From assembly GCA_963708025.1 (NCBI GenBank), contig CAVPSB010000014.1, forward strand, positions 416,001-480,000: a DNA stretch of 64,000 bases, written 5' to 3'. Below, one piece after another: positions 1 through 10,124 of this stretch. The notes under the pieces are model-generated. The model was not told the origin of the DNA. It saw nothing but the letters and a program-made list of their open reading frames with translations, and searched no databases. Position 1 is the stretch's first letter, and each line of letters opens with the position of its first letter. The stretch is from an uncultured Candidatus Rokubacteria bacterium (GTDB taxonomy: Bacteria > Methylomirabilota > Methylomirabilia > Rokubacteriales > DASRDR01). The position numbers were made by a program, and so were the translations under genes.

Positions 1-770
1 CGCGGACGCCGGGGGTGAAGGATCTGGCCATGACCACCAACGGGGTCCTGCTGGCCGAGCGAGCCCCGGCCTTGCACGAGGCGGGTCTCCACCGGGTGAC
101 GGTGAGCCTCGACACGCTCCGGCCCGAGCGGTTCCGCGCGCTGACGCGGCGTGACGACCACGCCCGGGTGCTGGAGGGGATCGCGGCCGTCGACCGGGCC
201 GGGTTCACCGGCCTCAAGCTGGACACGGTGATCATGCGCGGAACCAACGAGGACGAGCTGGCCGAGCTGATCGAGTTCGGGCGGGCGCACGACGCCGAGG
301 TGCGCTTCATCGAGTACATGGACGTGGGGGGGGCGACGCTCTGGTCGATGGACCGCGTGGTCTCCCGGGCCGAGATGCTCGAGGTGCTGGGCCGGCGGTA
401 CGGCCCCATCGAGCCGGTGATCGAGGACAGCTCGGCGCCCGCCGAGCGGTTCCGCCTCCCGGACGGCACGACCTTCGGGATCATCGCCTCCACCACGACC
501 CCGTTCTGCCGCACCTGCGACCGGAGCCGCCTGACGGCCGACGGGGTCTGGTTCCTCTGCCTCTACGCTCAGCAGGGGGCCGATCTCCGGAGCCTCCTGC
601 GGGGCGGCGCCTCCCGGGAGGCGATCGAGGCCGCCATCACCGGGGGCTGGGTCGCCCGCCGGGACCGCGGGGCCGAGGAGCGCAAGGAGCTGGGCATCCG
701 GGGCCCCCTCCTGCAGATCGAGGGCCTCCGCCGCGACCCCCACCTGGAGATGCACACCCGGGGCGGCTGA
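1..770 (+). CDS. moaA: GTP 3',8-cyclase MoaA (5'-truncated by window edge)
   Basis: [40 protein letters not shown] cluster motif and C-terminal MHTRGG typical of MoaA. Confidence 0.95.
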   Translation, partial: RTPGVKDLAMTTNGVLLAERAPALHEAGLHRVTVSLDTLRPERFRALTRRDDHARVLEGIAAVDRAGFTGLKLDTVIMRGTNEDELAELIEFGRAHDAEVRFIEYMDVGGATLWSMDRVVSRAEMLEVLGRRYGPIEPVIEDSSAPAERFRLPDGTTFGIIASTTTPFCRTCDRSRLTADGVWFLCLYAQQGADLRSLLRGGASREAIEAAITGGWVARRDRGAEERKELGIRGPLLQIEGLRRDPHLEMHTRGG

Positions 771-774
771 GATC

Positions 775-860
775 TTCGGGACCTCCCTCCCCCCCCAGCC
801 CCCCTCCCCCAGCCCCCCTCCCCCACCCACCGGGGGAGGGGGGAGCCGGAGGCCCCGATT
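775..860 (-). repeat. Family A G-rich palindromic element, copy 1
   Basis: Minus strand reads AATCGGGGCCTCC...GGAGGTCCCGAA (imperfect 12-bp terminal inverted repeat); directly after the moaA stop. Confidence 0.85.
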
Positions 861-878
861 TCTTCACACCCTCTGAGA

Positions 879-971
879 ACATCGGGGGGTCTCGGAAGAC
901 CCCCCCGAGACCCCCCCTTGAGGAGGCCGCGGCGAGCCGCGGCTCGAAGCGGAACGCCAGGACCGCGTGGC
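879..971 (+). repeat. Family B palindromic element, copy 1
   Basis: ACATCGGGGGGTCTCGGAAGACCCC...GGAGGCCGCGGCGAGCCGCGGCTCGAAGCGGAACGCCA, near-identical to the reverse complement of 29968-30060. Confidence 0.85.
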
Positions 972-1153
972 CAGCGTCGGAGGGTTGCGAGCAGCCGACG
1001 GGCGGGGGAATCGGAGTGGCGGTACTGGGGCACGGGCGCTGAGCCCCGACTCCCGTTCGAGACGCCACCGCCGGCCCGGCCAGCCCACCAAAGCTAGGGC
1101 AGGTCAGCGCCCTCCCGTAGAATCAAAGGTGAATCGTCACGCGGGAGGGACTC

Positions 1154-1840
1154 ATGAGACGGCTCCTGACGCTCCCGATCGTGCTCCTCTGGATCCTGCC
1201 GCTTCACGCCTGGACCGAGCCGGACGGCTTCAACGGCCTCAAGTGGGGAGACGGCAGCAGCCGGCTGCGCTCCCGGGGCACCGTGCGCTTCTGCGAGCAG
1301 GTCCGGCCGTCCCAGCGCGAGCGCGGGGACGGCCGGTGCGTCGAGGAGTTCCGGTTCGAGGAAGGATCCCCGCCGTTCCTCGTCGAGGCGCACTACTTCA
1401 TGCGCGACGCGGACGGGTTCCGGTGGGTCCTGGTGAAGCTCGACGCGCGACACTTCGACGGCATGAAGCGGTGGCTGCTCGATCGCCACGGGCCCGCGGG
1501 CTTCGCGCGGAGCTTCACCGTCCAGGTGCAGGACAACTCCCTGGCGGGCTTCCTGGATCGGGAGATCCGCAAGCAGGACCCGAAGGCGGCCCCCCGGCCG
1601 GCGCCGACCGTCGAGAACGAGGTGCTGGAGTGGCGGGGCGGGAGGGCCAGCGTCGTGCTCCTCCGCTACGGCACCGTCACCCACTCGCTGGCGTACCTCG
1701 GCATGACCGACGAGGTCGACCGCGAGCTGGAGCGCCTCCGCAAGGACGGCCTGACGATCCCCCGCGCCGACCCACTGAGGGCGCCGGGGTCCTGGCGCCC
1801 GCGAGACGGTCAGGCCCCATGCGCGCCGTCACCCGCCTGA
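1154..1840 (+). CDS. Hypothetical exported protein
   Basis: SD GGAGG upstream; signal-peptide-like MRRLLTLPIVLLWILPLHA; coding-like composition. Confidence 0.7.
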   Translation: MRRLLTLPIVLLWILPLHAWTEPDGFNGLKWGDGSSRLRSRGTVRFCEQVRPSQRERGDGRCVEEFRFEEGSPPFLVEAHYFMRDADGFRWVLVKLDARHFDGMKRWLLDRHGPAGFARSFTVQVQDNSLAGFLDREIRKQDPKAAPRPAPTVENEVLEWRGGRASVVLLRYGTVTHSLAYLGMTDEVDRELERLRKDGLTIPRADPLRAPGSWRPRDGQAPCAPSPA

Positions 1841-1859
1841 TCGGGGTCGGGTATGGCCT

Positions 1860-2120
1860 GTGACTCCGCTGGTCTTCTCGGAGGACACCGAGTACGCCCC
1901 CGGCTACTCGGCTGCCGCCTTCGAGCAGCTCCGCCCCGGGATGTCCGAGCATGAAGTCCTGGCCCTGGTCGGGCCGCCGCTGGAGAAATACTCGATCCCC
2001 CAGTCAGGCGATGTGTGGCAGTGGACGCGAAGCCCGGGAAGCAACAGCTACCGGGAGCGGGTCGTCGTCTTCACGAACGGACGGGTCTCGGCGACCCGCC
2101 ACGAGTTCTACATCGACTGA
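1860..2120 (+). CDS. SmpA/BamE-like small domain protein (true start possibly ATG 1819 with a 1-bp indel near 1860)
   Basis: FEQLRPGMSEHEVLALVGPP...W.W...VVFTNGRV pattern of the SmpA/OmlA fold. Confidence 0.6.
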   Translation: MTPLVFSEDTEYAPGYSAAAFEQLRPGMSEHEVLALVGPPLEKYSIPQSGDVWQWTRSPGSNSYRERVVVFTNGRVSATRHEFYID

Positions 2121-2160
2121 GCCCGGACGAGCGCCGGTGGAGTCGTGAGGTCGCGTCCGG

Positions 2161-2886
2161 TCAGGCCGGCGCTCCGAGAGGGGCCGGCCGCGCCGCCGCC
2201 GGCCCGGTCGCGGCTTGCATCGCCCGGGTGACCTCGTCGGTGTCGGCGACGTAGATGTAGCCGTCGTCCATTCGTCGCAGCGCGTTCTCGTGGAGGAAGG
2301 GCGTGTGGGCGGCGCAGGCGTCACCCACCAGGACGACCCGGTAGCCCATGTCGGCGGCGACCCGGGCCGTCATCTCGACACAGCCGTTGGTGACGACGCC
2401 GACCATGATGACGGTGTCGATGCCCATCCAGGTCAGCACGCGGTCGATGTTGGTGCCGACGAAGGCACTCGATGTGGACTTGGAGAAGACGATCTCGTCC
2501 TGGACCGGCGCCACCTCCGGGACGATCTCCGCCTCGCGGGAGTTCCAGGGCTGGGCGATGCCGCGACTCTTGTTGCGCGCGCAGGCATCACGGCCGTCCC
2601 GGGTCAGCTCGGCCCAGCGGGTGTGCATCACCTCGATGCCGGTCGCGCGCGCCACGTCCTGGAGGTCCCGGATGCGCGGCACCACGGCCTTGACGGCGTC
2701 GTAGTACCAGGCCATTTCGTCGAACATCCCCTTGCGCCGGGCCAGGGCGCCGAGTCCGAAGTCGGGATGGACGTCGCCGTGGTCCATGTCGATGGTCAGG
2801 AGGCACGTCTTCTTTCGCTGGATGTCGGGCAGGCCCCGGCGGTTGACCAGCCGGGAGAGGGGATCGTACGCGATCGGGATCGACAT
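2161..2886 (-). CDS. Isochorismatase-family cysteine hydrolase
   Basis: LLTIDM, FSKSTSSAFVGT, GVVTNGCVEMTARVAADMGY (Asp-Lys-Cys triad). Confidence 0.9.
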   Translation of the reverse strand: MSIPIAYDPLSRLVNRRGLPDIQRKKTCLLTIDMDHGDVHPDFGLGALARRKGMFDEMAWYYDAVKAVVPRIRDLQDVARATGIEVMHTRWAELTRDGRDACARNKSRGIAQPWNSREAEIVPEVAPVQDEIVFSKSTSSAFVGTNIDRVLTWMGIDTVIMVGVVTNGCVEMTARVAADMGYRVVLVGDACAAHTPFLHENALRRMDDGYIYVADTDEVTRAMQAATGPAAARPAPLGAPA

Positions 2887-2889
2887 GTC

Positions 2890-3969
2890 TCACTCCTCCG
2901 GCTTCATGCCGGTGCGCGCCAGGACCGCCTCGAATCGGGCCGCGTACTTCTCCGGCGACATCCGCGCGTAGGCGAGGATGTCGTGCAGGGTGTCGATCAG
3001 GCGCCGGTTGTACTCGAATCGCACGCCGTCCGTCTCGGGCACCGCGTAGCCCGAGCCGTCGATGATGCCGCTGTCGATGGCGATCCAGAGCAGGTGCTCC
3101 AGGACCGTGGACGGCGCCAAGGCTCCCGGCTTGTCGGCGAGGAAGGCGACCGCCGCCGCCAGGCCGTAGCCGCCCCAGTCGGAGACAGCGGCGGTGAGGA
3201 CCGCGTCGGCCCCGACCGCGGCGGCGGTGCCCCCGCCGCACGGACAGACGCACCGGTGGCCGTTGGGAATGTCCCGGCGCACGGCGTCGGCGAGGCGGCC
3301 CAGGCCGAGCTCGTTGCCGTTGTCGCCGACGGCCACGGTTGTGATCCCCTGATCTTGCAACGCGAGGAACAGATGGTCCACCTTGGCCGCCAGGTCCGAG
3401 CACGGCTTGCCGGTGGCCAGGTGGTACTGGCCGTGGACGTTCATCCCCGGGCGCTCGATGGAGACCGCGGCGGCGGGGCGGCACCGCTGGATCAAGCGCT
3501 CCGCCTCGGCCCGGGCGGTGGCGGTGTCCTTGGTGAAGCCGGTCACCCACGCCGTGCGCGGCGCCGCGCACGCGGCTTCGAACGACGGCCGGGGAATCAG
3601 GCCGCCGGTTCTCAGCATCCGGGTCAGCGCCGGGACCAGCTCGTCCTCGACGACGACGACGGGCCGCGCCCCCAGGGCCATCTCGAGCGCGCGGGCCAGG
3701 ATCACCGTGCCGCCCAGGCCATCGTGCTCGCCCGTCTCCCAGGGGGGGAAGACGAAGCCGGTGCACAGCAGCACCGCATCCCCCGGCTTGATGGCCCCGA
3801 CCAGGCGCTCCCCGGCGTCGATCGAGAGGGGACGGTCCGTGAGGCGCCGCGCCGCCTCGTACAGGATCTGCGGGATCCGGTAGCCTCGCAGATCCACGCG
3901 GAGAAGCGAGTCGATGGTCTCCCCGACGCTGTACGCCAGGAGCGACCGGACGTCGGACGCCGGCTTCAC
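2890..3969 (-). CDS. DUF4392 / D-glutamate cyclase-like protein
   Basis: GTG start overlaps the upstream stop (GTGA); TGF...EHDGLGG, SIERPG, AVGDNGNELGLG, VSDWGGY motifs. Confidence 0.8.
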   Translation of the reverse strand: MKPASDVRSLLAYSVGETIDSLLRVDLRGYRIPQILYEAARRLTDRPLSIDAGERLVGAIKPGDAVLLCTGFVFPPWETGEHDGLGGTVILARALEMALGARPVVVVEDELVPALTRMLRTGGLIPRPSFEAACAAPRTAWVTGFTKDTATARAEAERLIQRCRPAAAVSIERPGMNVHGQYHLATGKPCSDLAAKVDHLFLALQDQGITTVAVGDNGNELGLGRLADAVRRDIPNGHRCVCPCGGGTAAAVGADAVLTAAVSDWGGYGLAAAVAFLADKPGALAPSTVLEHLLWIAIDSGIIDGSGYAVPETDGVRFEYNRRLIDTLHDILAYARMSPEKYAARFEAVLARTGMKPEE

Positions 3970-5555
3970 TGACGCAGGTCCACGTACTTGAGCCAGATCT
4001 CCATGTCGTCGGGGCTGGTCTTGAAGTTCTGGACCTCCTTGCGCATGACCCGCACCTGGGCGACGTGGACCGTGTAGATGTACCAGGCCTCGTCGATGAT
4101 CGTCTTCATCGCCTCGCGGTAGACCGCCTTCCGCTCCTCGGGCTTGAAGAGCTGGGCACCGGAGTCCAGCAGGTTGTCCAGCGGGGGGTTCGTGTACGAG
4201 CGAACCAGGCTGCCCGCCTTCGTGCGGTGGAACCAGTACACCGAGGTGTGGATGTCGGGCGCCATGATGGTGATGTCCTCGAGGTGGGCGTCGACCTCGC
4301 CGGGCTTCGAGATCACCCGCTGGGCCTTGTCGAAGGTGGCCATGTCGTAGAACTGGAGGTTGAGGCGGATGCCGATCTTCTTGAGTTGCTCCGCAACGAT
4401 CTCCGTTTCCCGGCGGAGGTTCGGCTTGTCGCTGGTGATGATGTTCAGGGGGGTGGGGTACCCGTTCGGGTAGCCGGCCTCGGCCAGGAGCGCCTTGGCC
4501 TTGTCCAGGTCGGCCTTGAACGGGTACTTCTGGAGCGACTGGTCGAAGAACTGGTACCCCCGGGGCTGCGGGCCGATGGCCGGGTAGGCGGCGCCGAAGT
4601 AGACGGCGTCGGCGATCTGCTGCCGGTCGATGGCGTAGGCGATCGCCTGCCGGAACGCCTTCTTGTCGAAGGGCTTCTCGAGGTGGCCGAAGGTGAAGTA
4701 GTCCCAGTTCCAGCCGGGCACCTCCTGGACCGTGAGGGTCGCGTCTTGCTTGAGCCGCGCGATGTCCTTGTACTCGGGGCGATCGATGAGGTGGACGGCG
4801 CCTGTCTTGAGCAGGTTCTGCTTCACCGTCGCATCCGGGACGAAGGTCCAGATGACCCGGTCGAGCAGGGGATACCCCTTGTGCCAGTAGTCCTTGAACT
4901 TCCGGATCGTGATGTGGTCGCCGGAGACCCACTCCTCGAACTCGAACGGGCCGGTGCCGATCGGCGCCCGGACGTACTTGTCCTGCCCCATCTCGGTGAA
5001 GGCCTTCTTGCAGATCACCCGGCCGGCGAGGCCGGCGAAGCCGGTGACCAGCGCCGGGGTGAAGGGGCGCTCCAGCTGGATCCGGGCCCGGTACTTGTCG
5101 ACGACCTCCGCGCCCTTGACGCCCGTGAAGAGGAACTTCATCGGGGTGTTGTCCTTCACGATGTGGTTGACCGTGAAGGCCACGTCCTCCGCGGTCAGCT
5201 CCCCGTAGCCCTTGTGCCACTGGATGCCCGGCCGCACCTCGATGAGCCAGGAGGTCGGGCTCTCGGCGGTGACGCTCTTGGCGAGCTCGGGCACCAGCTC
5301 CGACTTGTCGAAGTCCCACCGGAACAGCGAGTCGAAGAGGTTCCACATCACATGGTCGCCGGGCAGGTCGCCCCGCTGGTGGGCCGGGCTCAGGCCCATG
5401 GGCTCGCCAAAGACCGCCACCTTCAACACCTTCTCGGCGGCGGCGGCCTCGGGGCCGGAGAGGGTGGGGATCCCGACGGGGGCCAGCGCCACGACGAGGG
5501 CGACGGCTCCGGCCACCAGGGCACTCGACCATCCATTACGGGTCGGCATGTCCAT
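3966..5555 (-). CDS. ABC transporter substrate-binding protein, family 5 (peptide/nickel)
   Basis: SD AGGAG before ATG 5555; signal peptide; PIGTGPF, FRQAIAYAIDR, AKALLAEAGY. Confidence 0.92.
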   Translation of the reverse strand: MDMPTRNGWSSALVAGAVALVVALAPVGIPTLSGPEAAAAEKVLKVAVFGEPMGLSPAHQRGDLPGDHVMWNLFDSLFRWDFDKSELVPELAKSVTAESPTSWLIEVRPGIQWHKGYGELTAEDVAFTVNHIVKDNTPMKFLFTGVKGAEVVDKYRARIQLERPFTPALVTGFAGLAGRVICKKAFTEMGQDKYVRAPIGTGPFEFEEWVSGDHITIRKFKDYWHKGYPLLDRVIWTFVPDATVKQNLLKTGAVHLIDRPEYKDIARLKQDATLTVQEVPGWNWDYFTFGHLEKPFDKKAFRQAIAYAIDRQQIADAVYFGAAYPAIGPQPRGYQFFDQSLQKYPFKADLDKAKALLAEAGYPNGYPTPLNIITSDKPNLRRETEIVAEQLKKIGIRLNLQFYDMATFDKAQRVISKPGEVDAHLEDITIMAPDIHTSVYWFHRTKAGSLVRSYTNPPLDNLLDSGAQLFKPEERKAVYREAMKTIIDEAWYIYTVHVAQVRVMRKEVQNFKTSPDDMEIWLKYVDLRQ

Positions 5556-5635
5556 CGTTCTCCTTGCCGCGCTTCGGTAGCCGCGCGGGTTCGATGTGGT
5601 GTCCCTCGGAAACGCCGGTCCGGAGCCGGCGACGC

Positions 5636-7069
5636 TCACCGGGCCGCGTAGGTGTGGACGATGTCCACCTGAGACTTCTCGGACTCGGCCAGTCCCGCGA
5701 CCTTGCCATCGCCGTCGACGAGCAGGTACTCGTCACCGCGGTCCCGTCGGCCGCCGCCCCCCAGCCCGGCCTGGCGCACGATCGGCATGCCCAGCTCGCT
5801 CTTGAACAGCGACCAGGGCCCGCCTCCGCCCTGGTAGGGCCACACGGCCGGGTCGAGACCTCGCGAGCGATAGTACGCCAGGACCGCCTGGACGATCTCG
5901 GCGCCGACCGGGGTCCGGCTCCAGTCGGCGGCGGCCAGCACCCGGATCTCGACGTCGCCGAAGCCCCCGGCGTCCAGGTGGCGACGCAGGCAGTCGATGG
6001 CGTGCTGGCAGGCGACGCCGGGCGGGAGGCGGAGATCCAGGCGCGCCGTCGCCCGCTCCGGCACGGTGAAGACCTCGCTGCCCGGGCCGTGATATCCGGC
6101 GGAGATGCCGTTCACGTTCAGGCTCGGCGCGTACATGTAGCGCATGAGCAGCTCGCGGCCGGACAGCTCGCCGATCGTGTGCTCGAAGGCGCCCAGCCCC
6201 AGGGCCGTCTTGATGCCGCCCTCGCCGAAGCGGGCCACGAGCGCGTCGAGCAGGCTCACGTCCTCCTCGGTCGGGGCCGCCACCGATTCCTGGATGCCCG
6301 GGACCCGGATGGCCGCCCCCGTCTCGTCGGTCAGGGTGCCGAGGGCGTGCGCGAGCCGGCTCGCCGCATTGTGGACGCAGTTCTTCAGGCTGCTGTGGGC
6401 GGACATGCCGATCGGCCCGTGGCGCCACCGCTCGCCGGACACTACCAGGTCGAGATAGAGCAGACCCCGGTACCCGAGGTTCACGGAGACCCCCCCGTCG
6501 GGGCTCTGCGTCATGCCGCCGGCGAAGCAGGCGTCGGCCTTCCGGAGACGGTCCCGGTACCGTCGGAACATGGCCGGGAAGTCGGGGCTGCCTTCGATCT
6601 CGTCGCCCTCGATGAGGAGCATCACGTTGACCGGGAGACTGCCGGTCTTGATCATCGCCTCGAGCGCGTTCAGCCAGGCCACCAGCGGCCCCTTGGGCGA
6701 GCCGGCGCCGCGCCCGACGAGTATCCGGCCCTGCTGGGGATCCCGGACCACCGCCCCGCCGAACGGCTGGTACGTCCACGGGCGGCTGCCCACCGGGCGA
6801 GTGTCGAAGAACGCGTAGCTGACGATCGTCTTCCGTGCCCCAGTCTCCAGGGCGGCCCAGACCCCGGGATTCGGCCCCCCGACGTCCACCAGCTCCACCT
6901 CCGGAAAGCCGATCCCGCGGAGGACGCGCGTGAGCCAGTACGCGCCCTCGACGATGCCGATGCCCTGGGTGCTGACGGTCGGCAGCTTGACGAACTGCTG
7001 GATGCGGCCGAGGTGCTCCTCCAGGTGCTGATCGATGTACGCGTGAGCCTTCTGGGCGCTCGACACCAC
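5636..7069 (-). CDS. M20/M25/M40 family metallopeptidase
   Basis: FDTRPV..W...PFGG, GRGAGSPKG, LIEGDEIEGS, AHSS, ARLDLRL; some metal ligands look atypical; start approximate. Confidence 0.82.
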   Translation of the reverse strand: MVSSAQKAHAYIDQHLEEHLGRIQQFVKLPTVSTQGIGIVEGAYWLTRVLRGIGFPEVELVDVGGPNPGVWAALETGARKTIVSYAFFDTRPVGSRPWTYQPFGGAVVRDPQQGRILVGRGAGSPKGPLVAWLNALEAMIKTGSLPVNVMLLIEGDEIEGSPDFPAMFRRYRDRLRKADACFAGGMTQSPDGGVSVNLGYRGLLYLDLVVSGERWRHGPIGMSAHSSLKNCVHNAASRLAHALGTLTDETGAAIRVPGIQESVAAPTEEDVSLLDALVARFGEGGIKTALGLGAFEHTIGELSGRELLMRYMYAPSLNVNGISAGYHGPGSEVFTVPERATARLDLRLPPGVACQHAIDCLRRHLDAGGFGDVEIRVLAAADWSRTPVGAEIVQAVLAYYRSRGLDPAVWPYQGGGGPWSLFKSELGMPIVRQAGLGGGGRRDRGDEYLLVDGDGKVAGLAESEKSQVDIVHTYAAR

Positions 7070-7086
7070 TCCCGCCACCTCTCTCT

Positions 7087-7917
7087 CTAGCGTTGTCCGG
7101 GGTCCAGCACCTGCCTCAGGCGGTCGCCGAGCAGCGTGATGCCGACGACCGATGTGGAGAGCACGACACACGGAATGGCCGCGTACCAGGCATCCGTCTC
7201 CAGGTACCGGCGGGCGTCGGCCAGCATGCTACCCCAGCTCGGGGTGGGCGGCTGCGTGCCCAGACCGAGGAAGCTCATGCCGGCTTCGGCGATGATCGCG
7301 TAGGCATAGGAGGCGGTCGCCTGCACGATGATGGGGCCGGCCACGTTCCGGAGGACGTGGCCGAACATGATCGTCGGCGCGCTGGCCCCGATGGCCCGCG
7401 CGGCCTGGATGTACTCGAGCTCGGTGACGCCGAGAACCGAGGCCCGCGTGATCCGCGTGAACCGGGGGGAATACACGATGGCCAGCGCGATCGCGACGTT
7501 GCGCGCGCTCGGCCCCAGGGCGCCGACCAGCGCGATCGCCAGCAGGACGGGCGGGAACGACATGACGCCGTCCATGAGGCGCGAGACCACCGTGTCCACC
7601 ATGCCGCGATAGTACCCGACCGCCAGCCCCGCGGTGGTGCCGACCACGACGGCGACGCCCACCGCGACCGTGGCCACCCCCACCGACACGCGCGTCCCGT
7701 ACACGATGCGGCTGAGGATGTCGCGGCCGAACGAGTCGGTCCCCAGCCAGTGCCGCGCCGATGGTCCCGACAGCGGCCGGTCGAGGTTCATGTCCTCGTA
7801 GCTCGGGAGGGGCAGCAGGGGCGCGGCGGCGGCCAGGACCACCAGACCGGTCCACACGGCGAGCCCGAACAGGGCGACCCTGTCGGTGCCGAGACGTCGC
7901 CAGGCACTCCGGCGCAT
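7087..7917 (-). CDS. Peptide ABC transporter permease (DppC/OppC-like)
   Basis: HWLGTDSFGRDILSRIVYG, EYIQAARAIGAS, SFLGLG.QPPTPSWG. Confidence 0.93.
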   Translation of the reverse strand: MRRSAWRRLGTDRVALFGLAVWTGLVVLAAAAPLLPLPSYEDMNLDRPLSGPSARHWLGTDSFGRDILSRIVYGTRVSVGVATVAVGVAVVVGTTAGLAVGYYRGMVDTVVSRLMDGVMSFPPVLLAIALVGALGPSARNVAIALAIVYSPRFTRITRASVLGVTELEYIQAARAIGASAPTIMFGHVLRNVAGPIIVQATASYAYAIIAEAGMSFLGLGTQPPTPSWGSMLADARRYLETDAWYAAIPCVVLSTSVVGITLLGDRLRQVLDPGQR

Positions 7918-7929
7918 GAGGTGTCCGGC

Positions 7930-8880
7930 CTACCGGTGGCGGATGCGCGGGTCGATGATGGCGAGGAACACGTCGGTGACCAGGCTCGAGAGGATGAATC
8001 CGAGGCCGACGAAGAGCGTCGCCCCCTGGATCACCGGGAAGTCGCGCGTCAGCACGCCCCGCACCATCAGCCGGCCCAGCCCGGGCAGCGCGAAGATCTC
8101 CTCGATCACGATGGTGCCGCCGAGCATGTTGGCGAAGTTCAGGCTCACCAGGGCGACGGACGGGATCAGGGCGTTGCGCAGCCCATGCGTGAGGACGACG
8201 ACCTTTTCCCCCAGCCCCTTGGCGCGGGCGGTACGGATGTACTCGGTCCCCAGCACGTCCAGCATGCTGGAGCGCACCATCCGGCTGAGCAGACCCAGGT
8301 AGATCAGCCCGAGCGCGGTGGCGGGCATTACCATGTGGCGCACGAACTCCACGGGGTCCGCGAAGGGGGACACGTAGCCGACCATCGGAAGGATCCGCAG
8401 GGTGACGCCCCCGACGAGCACCAGCGCCGTCGCCGCCACGAAGTCGGGGATCGAGAGGAAGAGGGCCGTGACGCCGATGGTGGCCGTGTCGAGTGGCCGT
8501 CCGGCGTGCACCGCGGCGGCCACCCCGGCCGGCACCGAGATCAGGCAGGAGAAGACCGTGGCCCACAGGGCCAGCGAGAGCGTGACCGGGAGCCGGTCGG
8601 CGATCATCCTGGCGACCGGCTCCCGGCTCTGGATCGACTTGCCGAGATCGCCCTGGACCACCTTGCCGAGCCACCGGGCGTACTGGGTGGGCAACGGCTT
8701 GTCCAGGTCGTACTGCGCCCGGGTGGCGTCGATGAGCTGCTGGGACGCGTAGGGCCCCAGCATGGTCGTGATCGGGTCCCCCGGCGTGAGGTGGACGAGG
8801 GTGAAGACGAGCAGGGACACCAGGACGAGCGCGGGGACCATCTCGACCAGCTTCCGGGCGATGTAGCGGCCGAGGCTCAT
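7930..8880 (-). CDS. Peptide ABC transporter permease (DppB/OppB-like)
   Basis: PGDP, GDLGKS, EYIRTARAKGL, HGLRNALIP, RDFPVIQG. Confidence 0.93.
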   Translation of the reverse strand: MSLGRYIARKLVEMVPALVLVSLLVFTLVHLTPGDPITTMLGPYASQQLIDATRAQYDLDKPLPTQYARWLGKVVQGDLGKSIQSREPVARMIADRLPVTLSLALWATVFSCLISVPAGVAAAVHAGRPLDTATIGVTALFLSIPDFVAATALVLVGGVTLRILPMVGYVSPFADPVEFVRHMVMPATALGLIYLGLLSRMVRSSMLDVLGTEYIRTARAKGLGEKVVVLTHGLRNALIPSVALVSLNFANMLGGTIVIEEIFALPGLGRLMVRGVLTRDFPVIQGATLFVGLGFILSSLVTDVFLAIIDPRIRHR

Positions 8881-8956
8881 GGGCCCACCGGGCGGTCGCC
8901 GACGAGCGAATAGCGAGCCGGAGTCCGCAGGACCGCGTGATCCACCGTCCGGGAGC

Positions 8957-10048
8957 CTAGAACACGATCAGGCCGCGGGCGACCTCGCCGGCCGCCAGGG
9001 CCCGGAAGCCCTCGTTGGCCTCGTCGAGCGAGTAGCGGCGGGTGATCAACTCGTCGATCCGGAGCTTCCCGGCCAGGTAGAGGTCGACCATCCGGGGCAG
9101 GTCTTCCCGCGTCCGCGCGCTCCCGTAGCTCGAGCCGCGGAGGGTTCGCTCGCCCGACACGAGCGGCCGGACGTCGAGGGGCACGGTGGCGCCGGTGGCC
9201 GGTACGCCGATCAGCACGCAGGTGCCGCCGGGCGCCAGGCACTCCGCGGCCTGGGCGACCGCGCGCGTGTCCCCGACGGCGACGAAGGTGTAGTCGGCGC
9301 CGCGCCGGGTGACGGTCTTGACCGCGGCCACCGGGTCCTCGCGGGAGGCGTCCACCCCGTGGGTCGCCCCCAGCCGCCGGGCGTGCTCGAGCTTGGCTGG
9401 GTTGACGTCCACGGCGATGATCGGATGAGCGGCGACCAGCGCGCCGCCCTGGACGACGTTCAAGCCGACGCCCCCGACCCCGAACACGGCCATGCTGGCC
9501 CCGGCCGGGACCGCCGCGGTGTTGATCACGGCGCCCACGCCCGTCATCACCGAGCAGCCGATGAGGGCCGCCTTGTCGAGCGGCATCTCCCGGCGGATCG
9601 GGATGGCGCACGACTCGTGGACGACGGCCCGGGAGGCATACGTGCCCACGTGGCCGTACTGGTAGACGGGCCGGCCACGGAGCGAGAGGCGGGTGGTGCC
9701 GTCGAGAAGGACGCCGCGGCCGGGGAGCCGGCGCTCGCAGAGGTTCGGCCGTCCGATGACGCAGTAGTGGCAACGGCCGCAGGTCGGGCTCCAGGACAGG
9801 ATGACGGGATCGCCCGGCGCGAGGTCACGCACGCCCGGCCCGATCTCCTCCACGACCCCGGACCCCTCATCGCCGAGCACGATGGGCAGCGGGATCCCGG
9901 TCCAGCTCCCGTCCGCCGCGTGGAGGCAGCTGTGGCAGACGCCGCTGGCGACCATCCGCACCCGGACCTCGCCGTCGCGGGGCGGCGCCAGGTCGAGGTC
10001 CTCCACCGTGAGCGGCTTGCCCTGCTCGAAGAGAACCGACGCGCGCAT
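8957..10048 (-). CDS. Zn-dependent alcohol dehydrogenase (class III-like)
   Basis: GVCHS, LGDEGSG, CGRCHYC...C, GVGGVG. Confidence 0.92.
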   Translation of the reverse strand: MRASVLFEQGKPLTVEDLDLAPPRDGEVRVRMVASGVCHSCLHAADGSWTGIPLPIVLGDEGSGVVEEIGPGVRDLAPGDPVILSWSPTCGRCHYCVIGRPNLCERRLPGRGVLLDGTTRLSLRGRPVYQYGHVGTYASRAVVHESCAIPIRREMPLDKAALIGCSVMTGVGAVINTAAVPAGASMAVFGVGGVGLNVVQGGALVAAHPIIAVDVNPAKLEHARRLGATHGVDASREDPVAAVKTVTRRGADYTFVAVGDTRAVAQAAECLAPGGTCVLIGVPATGATVPLDVRPLVSGERTLRGSSYGSARTREDLPRMVDLYLAGKLRIDELITRRYSLDEANEGFRALAAGEVARGLIVF

Positions 10049-10124
10049 GGATCCTCCTGTGCGATGACCGGACCGTATCTTACCCCACTGGCCAGCGAGT
10101 CGGGCCGTCGGCTATAGTGCGCGC

